Shown: one piece after another, positions 51,394-60,880 of the stretch
Layout of the letters: each line of letters starts with the position of its first letter
Numbering within the stretch: the stretch's first letter is position 1
Made by a program: the position numbers and the translations under genes
NCBI GenBank assembly: GCA_963727525.1
Contig: CAVSGO010000005.1
Location: 704,001-768,000, forward strand
DNA length: 64,000 nt
From: an uncultured bacterium
GTDB taxonomy: Bacteria; Krumholzibacteriota; Krumholzibacteriia; LZORAL124-64-63
Direction of reading: 5' to 3'
The notes under the pieces: generated by a model
Seen by the model: the letters and a program-made list of their open reading frames with translations, nothing else
Database searches by the model: none
Told to the model about the DNA's origin: nothing

Positions 51394-51633
51394 GGTGATG
51401 CTCCGAGATTCGGGGATTGCAAATGAGAGCACTGTCGGAATGATGATCCGTACGATCAACTGGTTCCGCCACTCTCCATGGCTTGCGCGGGCGGATCGAC
51501 CTGGCCCACGGCGGTCCGCGCCGGATATGTCGTGTGAACCGGGATCGCAGGCCGTTCCGACACGCTGGACGATCGGACCGCGTCACTCATGGTTCCGGAC
51601 GAACCGGTATCTTGCAAGCGTTCGCGCTCGCCG

Positions 51634-53193
51634 CTAGATCCGCACCTGCCAAACGCTATCGATCACCGTGCCGTCCACCCACTTGATCGCGGCCACGACA
51701 TCGTCGCCGTGGTCCGGGCGCTCGGGCTTGCCGCCGCAGACGTCCTCTACCTCGGCTTTCAGATCATGGATGGAGCGGATGGGCAGCGATGAGCCGCGCA
51801 CGGCGTCGAGCAGGTCGACGCGGAGCGGATTGATGGCTATGCCGCGCTCGGTGACGATGACGTCGATCAGTTCGCCGGGGCCGCAGAGAGTGGTGACCTC
51901 GTCCACGATCACGGGGATGCGGTCGCGGAAGGAGGGGATCGGCAGGATGGTGCATTTCGAGAACAGGCAGTTCTGCCAGCCTCCGATGCCGTGGAGCAAG
52001 CGGCCGTCGCTGTGGGTGACGACGTTGGCGTTGAAGTTCACGTCGACCTCGGTAGCGCCCAGCACCACCACATCGAGCATGGAGGCGAAGTTGCCCTTGC
52101 CATGCCAATTGTAACTGGTGAAGGGCGACGTGTTCACGTGGCGCGGGTTCTCCCGCATGGAACGCACGCCCGCGAGATCGAAGGTCTGGCCGTCGAGGAT
52201 GTAGTCCGTGAGGCCCTCCTCGAGCATCTGCACGAGGTACTGTGTGGAGCCGCCGCGCACGAAGCGTGCCTTCACCTGCTTCTCGCGCATGAGGTCGCGC
52301 AGGAAGAGGGCGAAGCTCAGCGCTGTGCCGCCGGCACCGGCCTGGAAGCTGAAGCCATTCTGCAGGATGCCGACCTCGTCGACGAAGCGCGCCGTTAGTT
52401 CGGCGATGAGCAGGCGGTCGGGCGAGCGGGTGATCTGCGTGGTGCCGGAAACGATCTTGCTGGGATCGCCGATCGAGTCGATCACCACCACCTGGTCGAC
52501 GTTGTTGCCCTGGATCTGCCAGGGGATGCAGGGGAAGTCGACCAGGTTGTCGGTGACCACGATGACATGGTCGGCGTAGATCGAGTCGGCCAGCGCGAAG
52601 CCCAGCAGGCCGCAGGCGGCCGGGCCGCGATCACCGGTGGCATTGCCGAATGGGTCGGCCGTGGGGGCAGCGATGACGGCGATGTCGATGGACACCTCGC
52701 CGTCCTGGATCGCCTGCCAGCGTCCGCCGTGGCTGCGCAGCACACCCATACCGCGCATCTTGCCCCGCGAGGTGTAGTCGCCGAGGGGCCCGTTCATGGA
52801 CCCTTCGATGTGATGGATCACGCCGCTCTCGAGCAGGTCGATCAACGGCGCGTGGCAGGGGAACGCCGCGCTGGGGAACCAGCGCAGGTCCTTCACGCCC
52901 AGGTTGGCGGCGGCCAGGAAGACCTGGTTGACCACCTTGTCGCCGTTGCGCAGGTGGTGGTGGCTGCTGATGGTCATGCCGTCGCGCAGGCCGGCGTTGC
53001 GCAGCGCCGTTTCGAGGTCCTTGACCACCTTGTAGCCGTCCTGCGGATAGTCGCAGCACGAGCGGACGGGCGGTGCGGCCTTGCGCCCCTCGGGACGGTG
53101 GTGCTGACAGAGACTCCGGAATGGCGTCTGCGGCACCCCATTGATCTCGGCCGGCACCATCCGGCCGGCGGCGTTCTGCACCAGCTTCGTCAT
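51634..53193 (-). CDS. citF: Citrate lyase alpha subunit (CoA transferase)
   Basis: DGMTISSHHHLRNGD, RSHGGR, FSFQAGAGG, LGATEVDVNFNANV, DVIVTERGIAINP. Confidence 0.92.
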   Translation of the reverse strand: MTKLVQNAAGRMVPAEINGVPQTPFRSLCQHHRPEGRKAAPPVRSCCDYPQDGYKVVKDLETALRNAGLRDGMTISSHHHLRNGDKVVNQVFLAAANLGVKDLRWFPSAAFPCHAPLIDLLESGVIHHIEGSMNGPLGDYTSRGKMRGMGVLRSHGGRWQAIQDGEVSIDIAVIAAPTADPFGNATGDRGPAACGLLGFALADSIYADHVIVVTDNLVDFPCIPWQIQGNNVDQVVVIDSIGDPSKIVSGTTQITRSPDRLLIAELTARFVDEVGILQNGFSFQAGAGGTALSFALFLRDLMREKQVKARFVRGGSTQYLVQMLEEGLTDYILDGQTFDLAGVRSMRENPRHVNTSPFTSYNWHGKGNFASMLDVVVLGATEVDVNFNANVVTHSDGRLLHGIGGWQNCLFSKCTILPIPSFRDRIPVIVDEVTTLCGPGELIDVIVTERGIAINPLRVDLLDAVRGSSLPIRSIHDLKAEVEDVCGGKPERPDHGDDVVAAIKWVDGTVIDSVWQVRI

Positions 53194-54407
53194 GCGAGGT
53201 CTCCTTCGTCGGCCTGCTCGCGCCAGTCAGCCGGCAACTTGCCCACGAGTACTGCTGTCTCCACCGTGGCGAGCGCGCGCTTGACCACGGGCGCGTCGAT
53301 CATCTTGGTGCCCAGGCTCACCACGCCCGAACCGCGCGCCTGCGCTGCCTCGAAGGCGGCGACGATGCGCACCGCCTTCTCGATCTCATCGGCAGTGGGC
53401 GCGAAGGCGTCGTGCACCACGGCGATCTGCCGCGGATGGAGACAGCCCTTGCCCACGAAGCCGAGGCCGCGCGCCTCGAGGACCGACTGCCGCAGACCCT
53501 CCATGTCACCCACGTCGCTGAACACCGTGTCGATGGGCAGCACGCCGGCCGCGCGGGCGCCGTTCAGCACCTGCGCGCGGGCCCAGAAGCTCTCGGTGCC
53601 AGCATCGGTGCGTGCGGCTCCGATGTCGGCGGTGTAGTCCTCCAGGCCGATGGTCAGGGCCACCACGTTCGGATGGGCGACGGCGATGTCGTACGCGCGC
53701 CACGCGCCCAGCGCCGACTCGATGATCGGCATGAGCAACACGTCGTTGTCGTGCCTCATGGCGGCGATGCGCGCGGCGACGTCGCGCACCTGCTGCGGGT
53801 CTTCCACCTTGGGAATGAGGATCACGTGCACGTTGTGCGGCACCACCCAGGCGAGGTCATCGAGGCCGCGCTCGCCCTGGTTGATCCGTACCATGCGCTC
53901 GGCGCCGTGGAAGTCGACGGCGCGCAGCGCGTTGCGCACGAGGGTGCGGGCGGCGTCCTTCTCGGCCGGGGCCACGGAGTCCTCGAGGTCGAGGATCACG
54001 CCGTCGGGCCGGTGCAGTCCGGCGTTGACGAAGAGCTTGGGCTGCGTGCCGGGCAGGTAGAGGCGGCTGCGGCGCAGGCGGTCGCGGCGCGAGGTGTCGA
54101 CGGGGCGCGCGCACACCGGCAGCAAGAAATTGCGCCCTTCCGCAAGGCCCGCGCGGTGCGCCGCCGTCTCCAGGCGCGCCGCGAGGGTGAAGGGCAGGGC
54201 CCCCTGGTCCTCCACCTCGACGCGGGCGTAGGTGATGCCCAGTGCCGCGCATCCGTCGGTGATCAGGGCATGCAGCGAGGCGCCGTACATGTCGGCCACC
54301 TTGCTGCAGACCTCGATCCGCAGGTCGTCACCACCAGGTTCCACCGCGATCCAGCAGTCCGACCGGACGCTCGCACCGCGGCTGCCGGCCTCGCCTCGTG
54401 CCGCCAT
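53190..54407 (-). CDS. citE: Fusion of citrate lyase acyl carrier protein (CitD-like) and citryl-CoA lyase beta subunit (CitE)
   Basis: N-terminal AG...RSDC...SKV..MYG...DQGAL..LAARLETA; then RRSRLYLPG, ILDLEDSV, VRIN, IIESA, GLEDY, GKGCLHPRQI. Confidence 0.88.
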   Translation of the reverse strand: MAARGEAGSRGASVRSDCWIAVEPGGDDLRIEVCSKVADMYGASLHALITDGCAALGITYARVEVEDQGALPFTLAARLETAAHRAGLAEGRNFLLPVCARPVDTSRRDRLRRSRLYLPGTQPKLFVNAGLHRPDGVILDLEDSVAPAEKDAARTLVRNALRAVDFHGAERMVRINQGERGLDDLAWVVPHNVHVILIPKVEDPQQVRDVAARIAAMRHDNDVLLMPIIESALGAWRAYDIAVAHPNVVALTIGLEDYTADIGAARTDAGTESFWARAQVLNGARAAGVLPIDTVFSDVGDMEGLRQSVLEARGLGFVGKGCLHPRQIAVVHDAFAPTADEIEKAVRIVAAFEAAQARGSGVVSLGTKMIDAPVVKRALATVETAVLVGKLPADWREQADEGDLA

Positions 54408-54524
54408 CGCCAACCTCGCTTTGTCCGTCCATGAGCCCGTTTTCCGGGCAGGATAGCACCATGATGGTACCCGCCGCCGCCGCAGGCAAGACCGGGCCGC
54501 CGGTGCCCCCATCGGGCGCGCGAG

Positions 54525-54701
54525 TTATCCCCATAAGCCACGTCTCGCCGGGGATAAACCTGCGGCACCCCCGCACCCAAAATGAAAGGAACTCTTGTAT
54601 TCAATCCGTAGATCAAGAAAACATAACGACTTACCGCATGTGCCAACGTCAAGGAATTGTATGGGGACAAACGCGAAAAGCTGGGGATAACTTGGGGAAA
54701 A
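54525..54701. promoter_or_regulatory. Cluster of five DnaA-box-like 9-mers flanking an AT-rich stretch (oriC-like)
   Basis: TTATCCCCA at 54525 (+); reverse-strand TTATCCCCG at 54549, TTGTCCCCA at 54662, TTATCCCCA at 54682, TTTTCCCCA at 54693. Confidence 0.6.
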
Positions 54702-54709
54702 CCGCGTGA

Positions 54710-55717
54710 AGATTCAACGTTTGGTATGGGATGCGCACACTTGCCGTAGATGGAACAAGATTGGTTTTACCTAACCATCCGAGCGTTATAGAAGAATTTG
54801 GACAACACCATTTTGGACCAAATGCAGACAGTCCGCGTTCATTGGCACTTGGATCAATGCTCTATGATGTATTAAATCAAATAACGATTGACAGCAAGCT
54901 TGCACCATATACTTCCAGCGAAAGAGATTTGCTGATGGAACATTTGGATAGTGTAGAAGCAGGGAATCTGTTACTGCTCGATAGGGGTTATCCTTGTTTT
55001 TGGTTGTTATTTTTATTAAAGGCTAAAGGCATAGAATTTTGTGTACGTTTAAAAGAAGATTGGTGGCTTAAGGTTAAAAATTTTACAGAAAGCCAGGAGA
55101 AGGAACGCATAATAACCTTTACCTTACCAAAAAAGGATCACAATAAACTGGCGGCTTTTCCGCACATGCTTGATACTGTCATTACCTGCAGGTTGATAAA
55201 GGTAGAACTTCCTAATGGGGATAAAGAAATATTATGCACTTCATTAATTGATAAAAAGTATGAGTATAAAGAATTTGAACAATTATACCATTACCGGTGG
55301 AATGAGGAAGAAGCATATAAGCTGCTGAAAAGCAGAGTTGAAATTGAAAATTTCTCTGGAAAAACAGCTAAAGCAGTAAAGCAGGATTTTCATGCAAAAG
55401 TATTTTTAATGACACTATGTGCAGCTTATGCCCATCCGATAGAAGAAAAAGTTACAGAAGAATACAAAGCAGATTTACAGCGTAAACACGGACAGAAAAT
55501 CAATCGGACAAATGCCATATCAATGACCCAGGATATAATGATTGGGATGATAATAAAAAAGCAGTTTGTTTTAGCACTGGAGGCATTTGATAAGATAGTT
55601 GAAAAAACAAGAGAAGTAATAAGGCCGGGAAGAAATTTTTCTCGAAAGAAAACACCAAAGAGGCCTTACCATATGAATTACAAACGACTATAGATAGCTC
55701 TTAACTAAACGACATTG
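54710..55717 (+). mobile_element. IS4-family insertion sequence, left part missing
   Basis: Transposase C-terminal portion; terminal-repeat-like CTTAACTAAACGACATTG at 55700-55717; no left end or N-terminal domain. Confidence 0.85.
54731..55693 (+). CDS. IS4-family DDE transposase (5'-truncated)
   Basis: LAVDG, LLDRGY, and the Y-2-R-3-E-6-K motif YHYRWNEEEAYKLLK. Confidence 0.9.
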   Translation: MRTLAVDGTRLVLPNHPSVIEEFGQHHFGPNADSPRSLALGSMLYDVLNQITIDSKLAPYTSSERDLLMEHLDSVEAGNLLLLDRGYPCFWLLFLLKAKGIEFCVRLKEDWWLKVKNFTESQEKERIITFTLPKKDHNKLAAFPHMLDTVITCRLIKVELPNGDKEILCTSLIDKKYEYKEFEQLYHYRWNEEEAYKLLKSRVEIENFSGKTAKAVKQDFHAKVFLMTLCAAYAHPIEEKVTEEYKADLQRKHGQKINRTNAISMTQDIMIGMIIKKQFVLALEAFDKIVEKTREVIRPGRNFSRKKTPKRPYHMNYKRL

Positions 55718-55750
55718 ATTTATAATTTATAATTTGTACTGCGTTGAATC

Positions 55751-55828
55751 AGGTGCAGAGCATCATTAATATTTGTAGCATTAATATTTTGATTCCAAAT
55801 TTTTAGGTGCAGAGCACCGGTAATATTA
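55751..55828. repeat. Two copies of a short REP-like palindrome
   Basis: AGGTGCAGAGCA at 55751 and 55805, each followed by TAATATT; GGTGC-AGA-GCACC hairpin in the second copy. Confidence 0.55.
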
Positions 55829-56167
55829 ATTTCCATGACTGATAAATCACAGGCAAACTCTAAACACAAGCCACATACTATTAGCAACAGATTTCCCTGT
55901 TCCTTTCATCGAATGACTTGAAATCTTCCGATGAATACAAGCTCGTTCAAAATTACAGGCATATTGTTCAGCCGGTCAAACTTTGATCCTTTCTGCCGAC
56001 AGTCAGGTCCTGAACTCTGCAAGATACAGAGAATAAAACACAAGATATAAGACAAGAGACAAACTACAAAGCCGGAACCAAAATCCGGAACGACAGAAAG
56101 ATCTAGGGATAGTGTCATTCAAAAAAAATGTTTTATTTTGCAGCCGATTTAGAACGACCAACCATTA

Positions 56168-56989
56168 ATGAGAATTATTGCCACGATATGCATTGTTCTG
56201 GGCATCATTTCGTATGCAGGGGCACAGACCGACAGTAAGATAACCGGTTTGTTGTCGGATATCCGCATTACAGGCAAGGGCGGCATCTCACAATTAATTA
56301 CCGAATTTAGCAGCACAGGCCCCATCAATGAATTCAACAACCAGCCTGGTCTGACTTACGGCATTGAACTCTCCAAACAATTTTCCCGCAAATGGGAAGC
56401 CGGAGCCGAATTGCTGGTCAGCATCCTCCGGGGCAAAACAGATGCTCCTGATTTCTCCGCCATTGGCCGCCATCCCCTGATGATGGCACCAATTACTGAT
56501 CCTGTCATCTACCGGAACATGTTTACCAGCAATAAAATATTTCTGCAGTACAACTTAAACTCCGGTGGAAAAAACGGGCGTTACCTGCCCTTTATAAGAG
56601 CAGGCTCCGGATTGCTACCCTACAAATCTGAATTGCGCTACAAAGATAACCGGGAAGATGGGCTGATTTTCGGGAAAAATGTCGAAGAATTCTCAAAAAG
56701 TAAAATGTCCACCGCCGTATATTTTGCCGGTACCGGAATCCGCGCGGCAATCAGCTCACATGTGGAACTGAATGCTGTCGTTAATGTTAACCTTGTCAAC
56801 TACGATTTTCTGGATGTGGTCCATAATTATAATACAGCGGGCGAACGCCGGAAAATAACTGGCATCTACTCCGACTTCACTATCGGCCTTACATTTCTGC
56901 TCAACAACTCAGGCAAATATGTCAAAAAACAGGCAAAACGAAACGGCAAACGCCAACCGGCCAATCTGCCGTTTTACAGGGGGAGGTAG
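56168..56989 (+). CDS. Bacteroidota-type outer-membrane beta-barrel protein
   Basis: Signal peptide, amphipathic strands, PFIRAGSG, YDFLD, YSDFTIGLTF, basic C-terminal tail. Confidence 0.7.
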   Translation: MRIIATICIVLGIISYAGAQTDSKITGLLSDIRITGKGGISQLITEFSSTGPINEFNNQPGLTYGIELSKQFSRKWEAGAELLVSILRGKTDAPDFSAIGRHPLMMAPITDPVIYRNMFTSNKIFLQYNLNSGGKNGRYLPFIRAGSGLLPYKSELRYKDNREDGLIFGKNVEEFSKSKMSTAVYFAGTGIRAAISSHVELNAVVNVNLVNYDFLDVVHNYNTAGERRKITGIYSDFTIGLTFLLNNSGKYVKKQAKRNGKRQPANLPFYRGR

Positions 56990-56992
56990 GTA

Positions 56993-57185
56993 TCTTGTGT
57001 CTCCTCTTGTCTTTTGTGTCTTATGTCTTATGCCATTTACTGAGGGAATGATTTACTGAAGGACTGAAGGACTGAAATAAGCACATAGCTTGTGTCTTTA
57101 ACCCAACCCGTAACCTGTAACCCGAGTCGGCTTCAAATTGGAACCTGGAAGCCGAAGACTTTAAACTTAAAACTTTGAAATTCTG
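56993..57185. repeat. Intergenic heptamer/octamer short-repeat tract
   Basis: TCTTGTGTCT, ACTGAAGGACTGAAGGACTGAA, AACCCGTAACCTGTAACCC; shares words (reverse complement) with the 59620-60440 array. Confidence 0.55.
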
Positions 57186-57187
57186 AA

Positions 57188-58330
57188 TTAACTTTCGTAT
57201 TCTTTTAAATAACAGAAGAAAGTGGTACCCGTTTCGGGTGAGCTGGTCAGGCTAACATGACCGCCGTTGCCTTCAATGAGTGTTTTTACTATATACAGAC
57301 CAATTCCGGAGCCTTCACATTTGTCTGTATTGCGCTGAAATACTCTGAAGATGTCTTTCCATTCCTTTTCAGAACCGGTAATACCCATGCCATTATCTTT
57401 TACTGTAATGATAATAAATTCGTCCTCCCTTTTGCTTTTAACCTCCACCAACAGTGCCCGGTCGTTGTGTCTGTATTTTACAGCATTTGAAACTAAATTG
57501 AAAAGAATACTGAATATGAACCGCTCGACATAGTGAATATGAGGTGCAGCATCGAAGTTGAATGTTATCTTTCCATTTTCCGGAACGGAGATATCCAGTA
57601 CTTCGTTAACATCGCGCATAATATCGCTCAGGTTTACTTTTACAGCATGAAGATTTTTAGGTTTTTGAACTTTAATGATCTCAATGAGGCCATCGAGCAC
57701 TTTTTGCTGCTGTACAATCATCTTTTTTAAATCCTGCAGAATCTCGTCCCTTGATTTCTGTTCTTCAAGCTGATAAAAATAAGTCAGGGTTTGATGCATG
57801 TTTCCCAACGGTCCTTTCAAATCGTGTGCTATAATGTGTAGCAGGTTGTCGCGCAATTCATTTAATTTCTTCAATTTAAGGTTTCGGTTGGTCAGGATCA
57901 GGTTGGCCTGTCGCAATTCATCTTCGGCGATTACATGCAGGTGGCTGTTAATTGCTGAACCAACGAATCCCTCGAACCTGCCGGCGTCATTAAATCGTGG
58001 TGCTCCCTCCGACTGGTGCCAGATAAATTCATTGTTGTTGTTTTTTAACCTGAAATTAATCTTAAATGCAATATGATCTTTATTGGCGCCATTGAACATT
58101 TTGAAGGTCAGTTGCTGATCATCAGGATGAATAGCCTTCACCCAGTCGAAACCCAAAGCTTCCTCCGGAAGCTGACCTGTAAATTCGTACCAGTTTTTAT
58201 TTAAATAAGTGCAGAAACCATCGGACTGAGTAATCCATATTTTTACAGGAGTATGATTTGTAATAATGTTGTAAAAAGATTCATAATTGCGAAGGTTTTC
58301 TTTGGCCTGATGTGTACTTTTTAAGTTCAT
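57188..58330 (-). CDS. Cytoplasmic PAS-domain histidine kinase
   Basis: PAS/PAC (YLNKNWYEFTG...IHPDD), IAHDLKGPL, NLVSNAVKY, DNGMGI, GSGIGL. Confidence 0.92.
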   Translation of the reverse strand: MNLKSTHQAKENLRNYESFYNIITNHTPVKIWITQSDGFCTYLNKNWYEFTGQLPEEALGFDWVKAIHPDDQQLTFKMFNGANKDHIAFKINFRLKNNNNEFIWHQSEGAPRFNDAGRFEGFVGSAINSHLHVIAEDELRQANLILTNRNLKLKKLNELRDNLLHIIAHDLKGPLGNMHQTLTYFYQLEEQKSRDEILQDLKKMIVQQQKVLDGLIEIIKVQKPKNLHAVKVNLSDIMRDVNEVLDISVPENGKITFNFDAAPHIHYVERFIFSILFNLVSNAVKYRHNDRALLVEVKSKREDEFIIITVKDNGMGITGSEKEWKDIFRVFQRNTDKCEGSGIGLYIVKTLIEGNGGHVSLTSSPETGTTFFCYLKEYES

Positions 58331-58557
58331 AACAGTAAAAGTTTAAACTGAAAAAAGGCATCAAAGAAAAACTGCTTAACAATATATAAGCGGTTGATTG
58401 TTAAACTGTTATTTTAACTGAAGATACACAAATTTTTGGTCATTTGCAAATCGCAAAAAGCGAAGTGCAGGGAATAAAAAATTCCAAACCAGGAGCCTGG
58501 AACCTTGACCCGGGAGCTAAGAATCGAAAAAAGCAGGTATAGGGGATATTCGTTTTA

Positions 58558-58839
58558 TTAACCGGCATCCATAACTGATTTCTTGAATTCAGCCGCTGGT
58601 TTAAAAGAAGGAATATTATGGGCAGGAATGATTATTGTTGAATTCTTTGAAATGTTTCTGGCAGTTTTTTCTGCCCGATGTTTAATTGCAAACGTACCAA
58701 AACCTCTTAAATAAACATTTTCACCATCAGTAAGTGATGATTGTACAGTTTTAATAAATTCTTCAAGTGTTTTAATTACTGTGTTTTTATCAATGGCGGT
58801 TTGGCTTGAAATTTTGTTTACAATGTCTAATTTGGTCAT
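58558..58839 (-). CDS. hup: HU family DNA-binding protein
   Basis: VYLRGFGTF..KHRAEKTARNISK...IPAHNIPSFKPA, a Bacteroidota-type HU. Confidence 0.95.
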   Translation of the reverse strand: MTKLDIVNKISSQTAIDKNTVIKTLEEFIKTVQSSLTDGENVYLRGFGTFAIKHRAEKTARNISKNSTIIIPAHNIPSFKPAAEFKKSVMDAG

Positions 58840-59290
58840 AGTAATAAATTTTTAACTGGATATTATGAATTTATAAATCAGGGTCAAATATATCTTATAA
58901 ATTCTAATTTTAAAAACATCGCAGTCGACTTTATTTATATTTTTTTGGAATTTCCAATTTGAGAGGAAAGAACCGTCTAAATCATTCATTTCATAAATTT
59001 GAGTTTTAAGAATTACAGGATTGAGCCAGTTTAGAAAAGTCTGATTTATCATTAACATATATAAATGCAAAATTTACGAAGTATAAAGGTACCGGACTAT
59101 TGAATTTCAATCAACAGTTCAACTCCAATGAGCTTCAATCACCGGTTCCAACCAATTTCATCTTTTTCCTCCCTTACTTAAACAAAATATTACTTTAAAT
59201 CAGCAATTCTGAACTGTAATTTCAGCAATAAGAACATTCTGGAATTTTCTAATATGTCTAATTTTGATTTACAATTTATGCAAACAACTA

Positions 59291-59533
59291 ATGCAAGATC
59301 CAGATATCAACAAAGCCTTTAACAAACTTGTAAAATCGTGCCCCCACGACAAACCAAACCCGCAATGCCCGTTTGAAATTTACAGGAATATGAATGAGGA
59401 ATTTTATGAAATTGCTGAAACCTGTTCGGATGCCAATAAGGAAATTATGCTTAAATACCACAAAGTCTGTAACGGCATTCGTTCGAAAAACTGTACTGAT
59501 TCGATAATTCCGGCTTTGAAGTCGCAGGTTTAG
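59291..59533 (+). CDS. Small Cys/His-containing hypothetical protein
   Basis: CPHDKPNPQCPF...HKVC; ATG59291 in an A-rich context. Confidence 0.55.
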   Translation: MQDPDINKAFNKLVKSCPHDKPNPQCPFEIYRNMNEEFYEIAETCSDANKEIMLKYHKVCNGIRSKNCTDSIIPALKSQV

Positions 59534-59541
59534 GACTCAGA

Positions 59542-59607
59542 GTTTAAAGCCTGTCCGGCTGAACAGACGGGTTTAAAGCCAGCCCGGCTGAACAGACGGG
59601 TTCAAAG
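59542..59607. repeat. 29-bp tandem duplication with REP-like hairpin potential
   Basis: GTTTAAAGCC(TGT/AGC)CCGGCTGAACAGACGG twice, plus a partial third copy. Confidence 0.75.
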
Positions 59608-59619
59608 ATGGATCAATGT

Positions 59620-60440
59620 CACAAGATTAAAGCCACGAGCTACCAGCCATGAGCCTAAAGACCAGTAATTCATACCTTCTAAAAATAGTCAAGCATTCAA
59701 GAAATTCAAGCATTCAAAAATTAAGCATTCAAGCATTCAAGCATTCTTCAGTCCTTCAGTAATTTGCCACAAGACACAAGATTAAAGCCACGAGCTACCA
59801 GCCATGAGCCTAAAGACCAGTAATTCATACCTTCTAAAAATAGTCAAGCATTTAAACATTCAAGAAATTCAAGCATTCAAGAAATTCAAGCATTCAAGCA
59901 TTCAGCATTCCAGTCCTTCAGTAATTTGCCACAAGACACAAGATTGAAGCCACGAGCTATCAGCCATGAGCCTAAAGACCAGTAATTCATACCTTCTAAA
60001 AATATTCAAGCATTCAAGCATTTAAACATTCAAGAAATTCAAGCATTCAAGCAATTAAGCATTCAAGCATTCTTCAGTCCCTCAATCCTTCAGAATTCAG
60101 TCCTTCAGTAATTTGCCACAAGACACAAGATTGAAGCCACGAGCTATCAGCCATGAGCCAAAGACCAGTAATTCATACCTTCTAAAAATATTCAAGCATT
60201 CAAGCATTCAAACATTCAAGAAATTCAAGCATTCAAGCAATTAAGCATTCAAGCATTCTTCAGTCCCTCAATCCTTCAGTCCTTCAGTAATTTGCCACAA
60301 GACACAAGATTGAAGCCACGAGCTACCAGCTATAAATCAAACCATCAAAAATATTCAAGCATTTAAACATTCAAGAAATTCAAGCATTCAAGCAATTAAG
60401 CATTCAAGCATTCTTCAGTCCCTCAATCCTTCAGTCCTTT
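59620..60440. repeat. Non-coding tandem array of five compound units
   Basis: Units start at 59620, 59775, 59937, 60124 and 60303 with CACAAGATTRAAGCCACGAGCTAYCAGC; each has a variable (TTCAAGCA)n tract and ends CAGTCCTT. Confidence 0.92.
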
Positions 60441-60545
60441 GTCCTTTTGGCAAAAACAACTATTTAAAAAGGTTTAACGATGTACAAGTGAAATCTTTTT
60501 TTTACCTTATACTTATTTAGAACAAATATATTTTACACAAAAGGT

Positions 60546-60782
60546 ATGAAGACAATGACTTGCAGACAATTGGGAGGGGCATGTGATAAAGAGTTCCATG
60601 CAGATACCTTCGGACAAATGGCAAATCTGAGCAAAGCCCACGGTGTTGAAATGTTTCAGAAAAAAGATGAACCACACATAAAAGCAATGCAGGAAATGCA
60701 AAAGTATATGAATTCACCTGATACACTGAATGAATGGTATGATAAAAAAAGAAAAGAATTTGATGCCCTGCCTGACAATTAA
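60546..60782 (+). CDS. DUF1059 family small metal-binding protein
   Basis: MKTMTCRQLGGACD..F.A.TF...HG. Confidence 0.8.
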   Translation: MKTMTCRQLGGACDKEFHADTFGQMANLSKAHGVEMFQKKDEPHIKAMQEMQKYMNSPDTLNEWYDKKRKEFDALPDN

Positions 60783-60880
60783 CCCGGTGAATACAAAAAC
60801 GGACTCCCCCACTCTTTCAGTAAAATAATAATCCGGAGCTTATCGGTACTGCGCCGAAATAAATGTAATGAAACAGATAA

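Noticed and set aside
55906-56118. 70-aa minus-strand ORF, and other short ORFs such as 58852-59070 and 63458-63769
   Set aside because: They cross short-repeat or AT-rich intergenic DNA, or are antisense to fecR; no recognisable motifs.
59620-60440. CRISPR array
   Set aside because: Units are far too long, the intervening sequence is repetitive octamers rather than unique spacers, and no cas genes are present.
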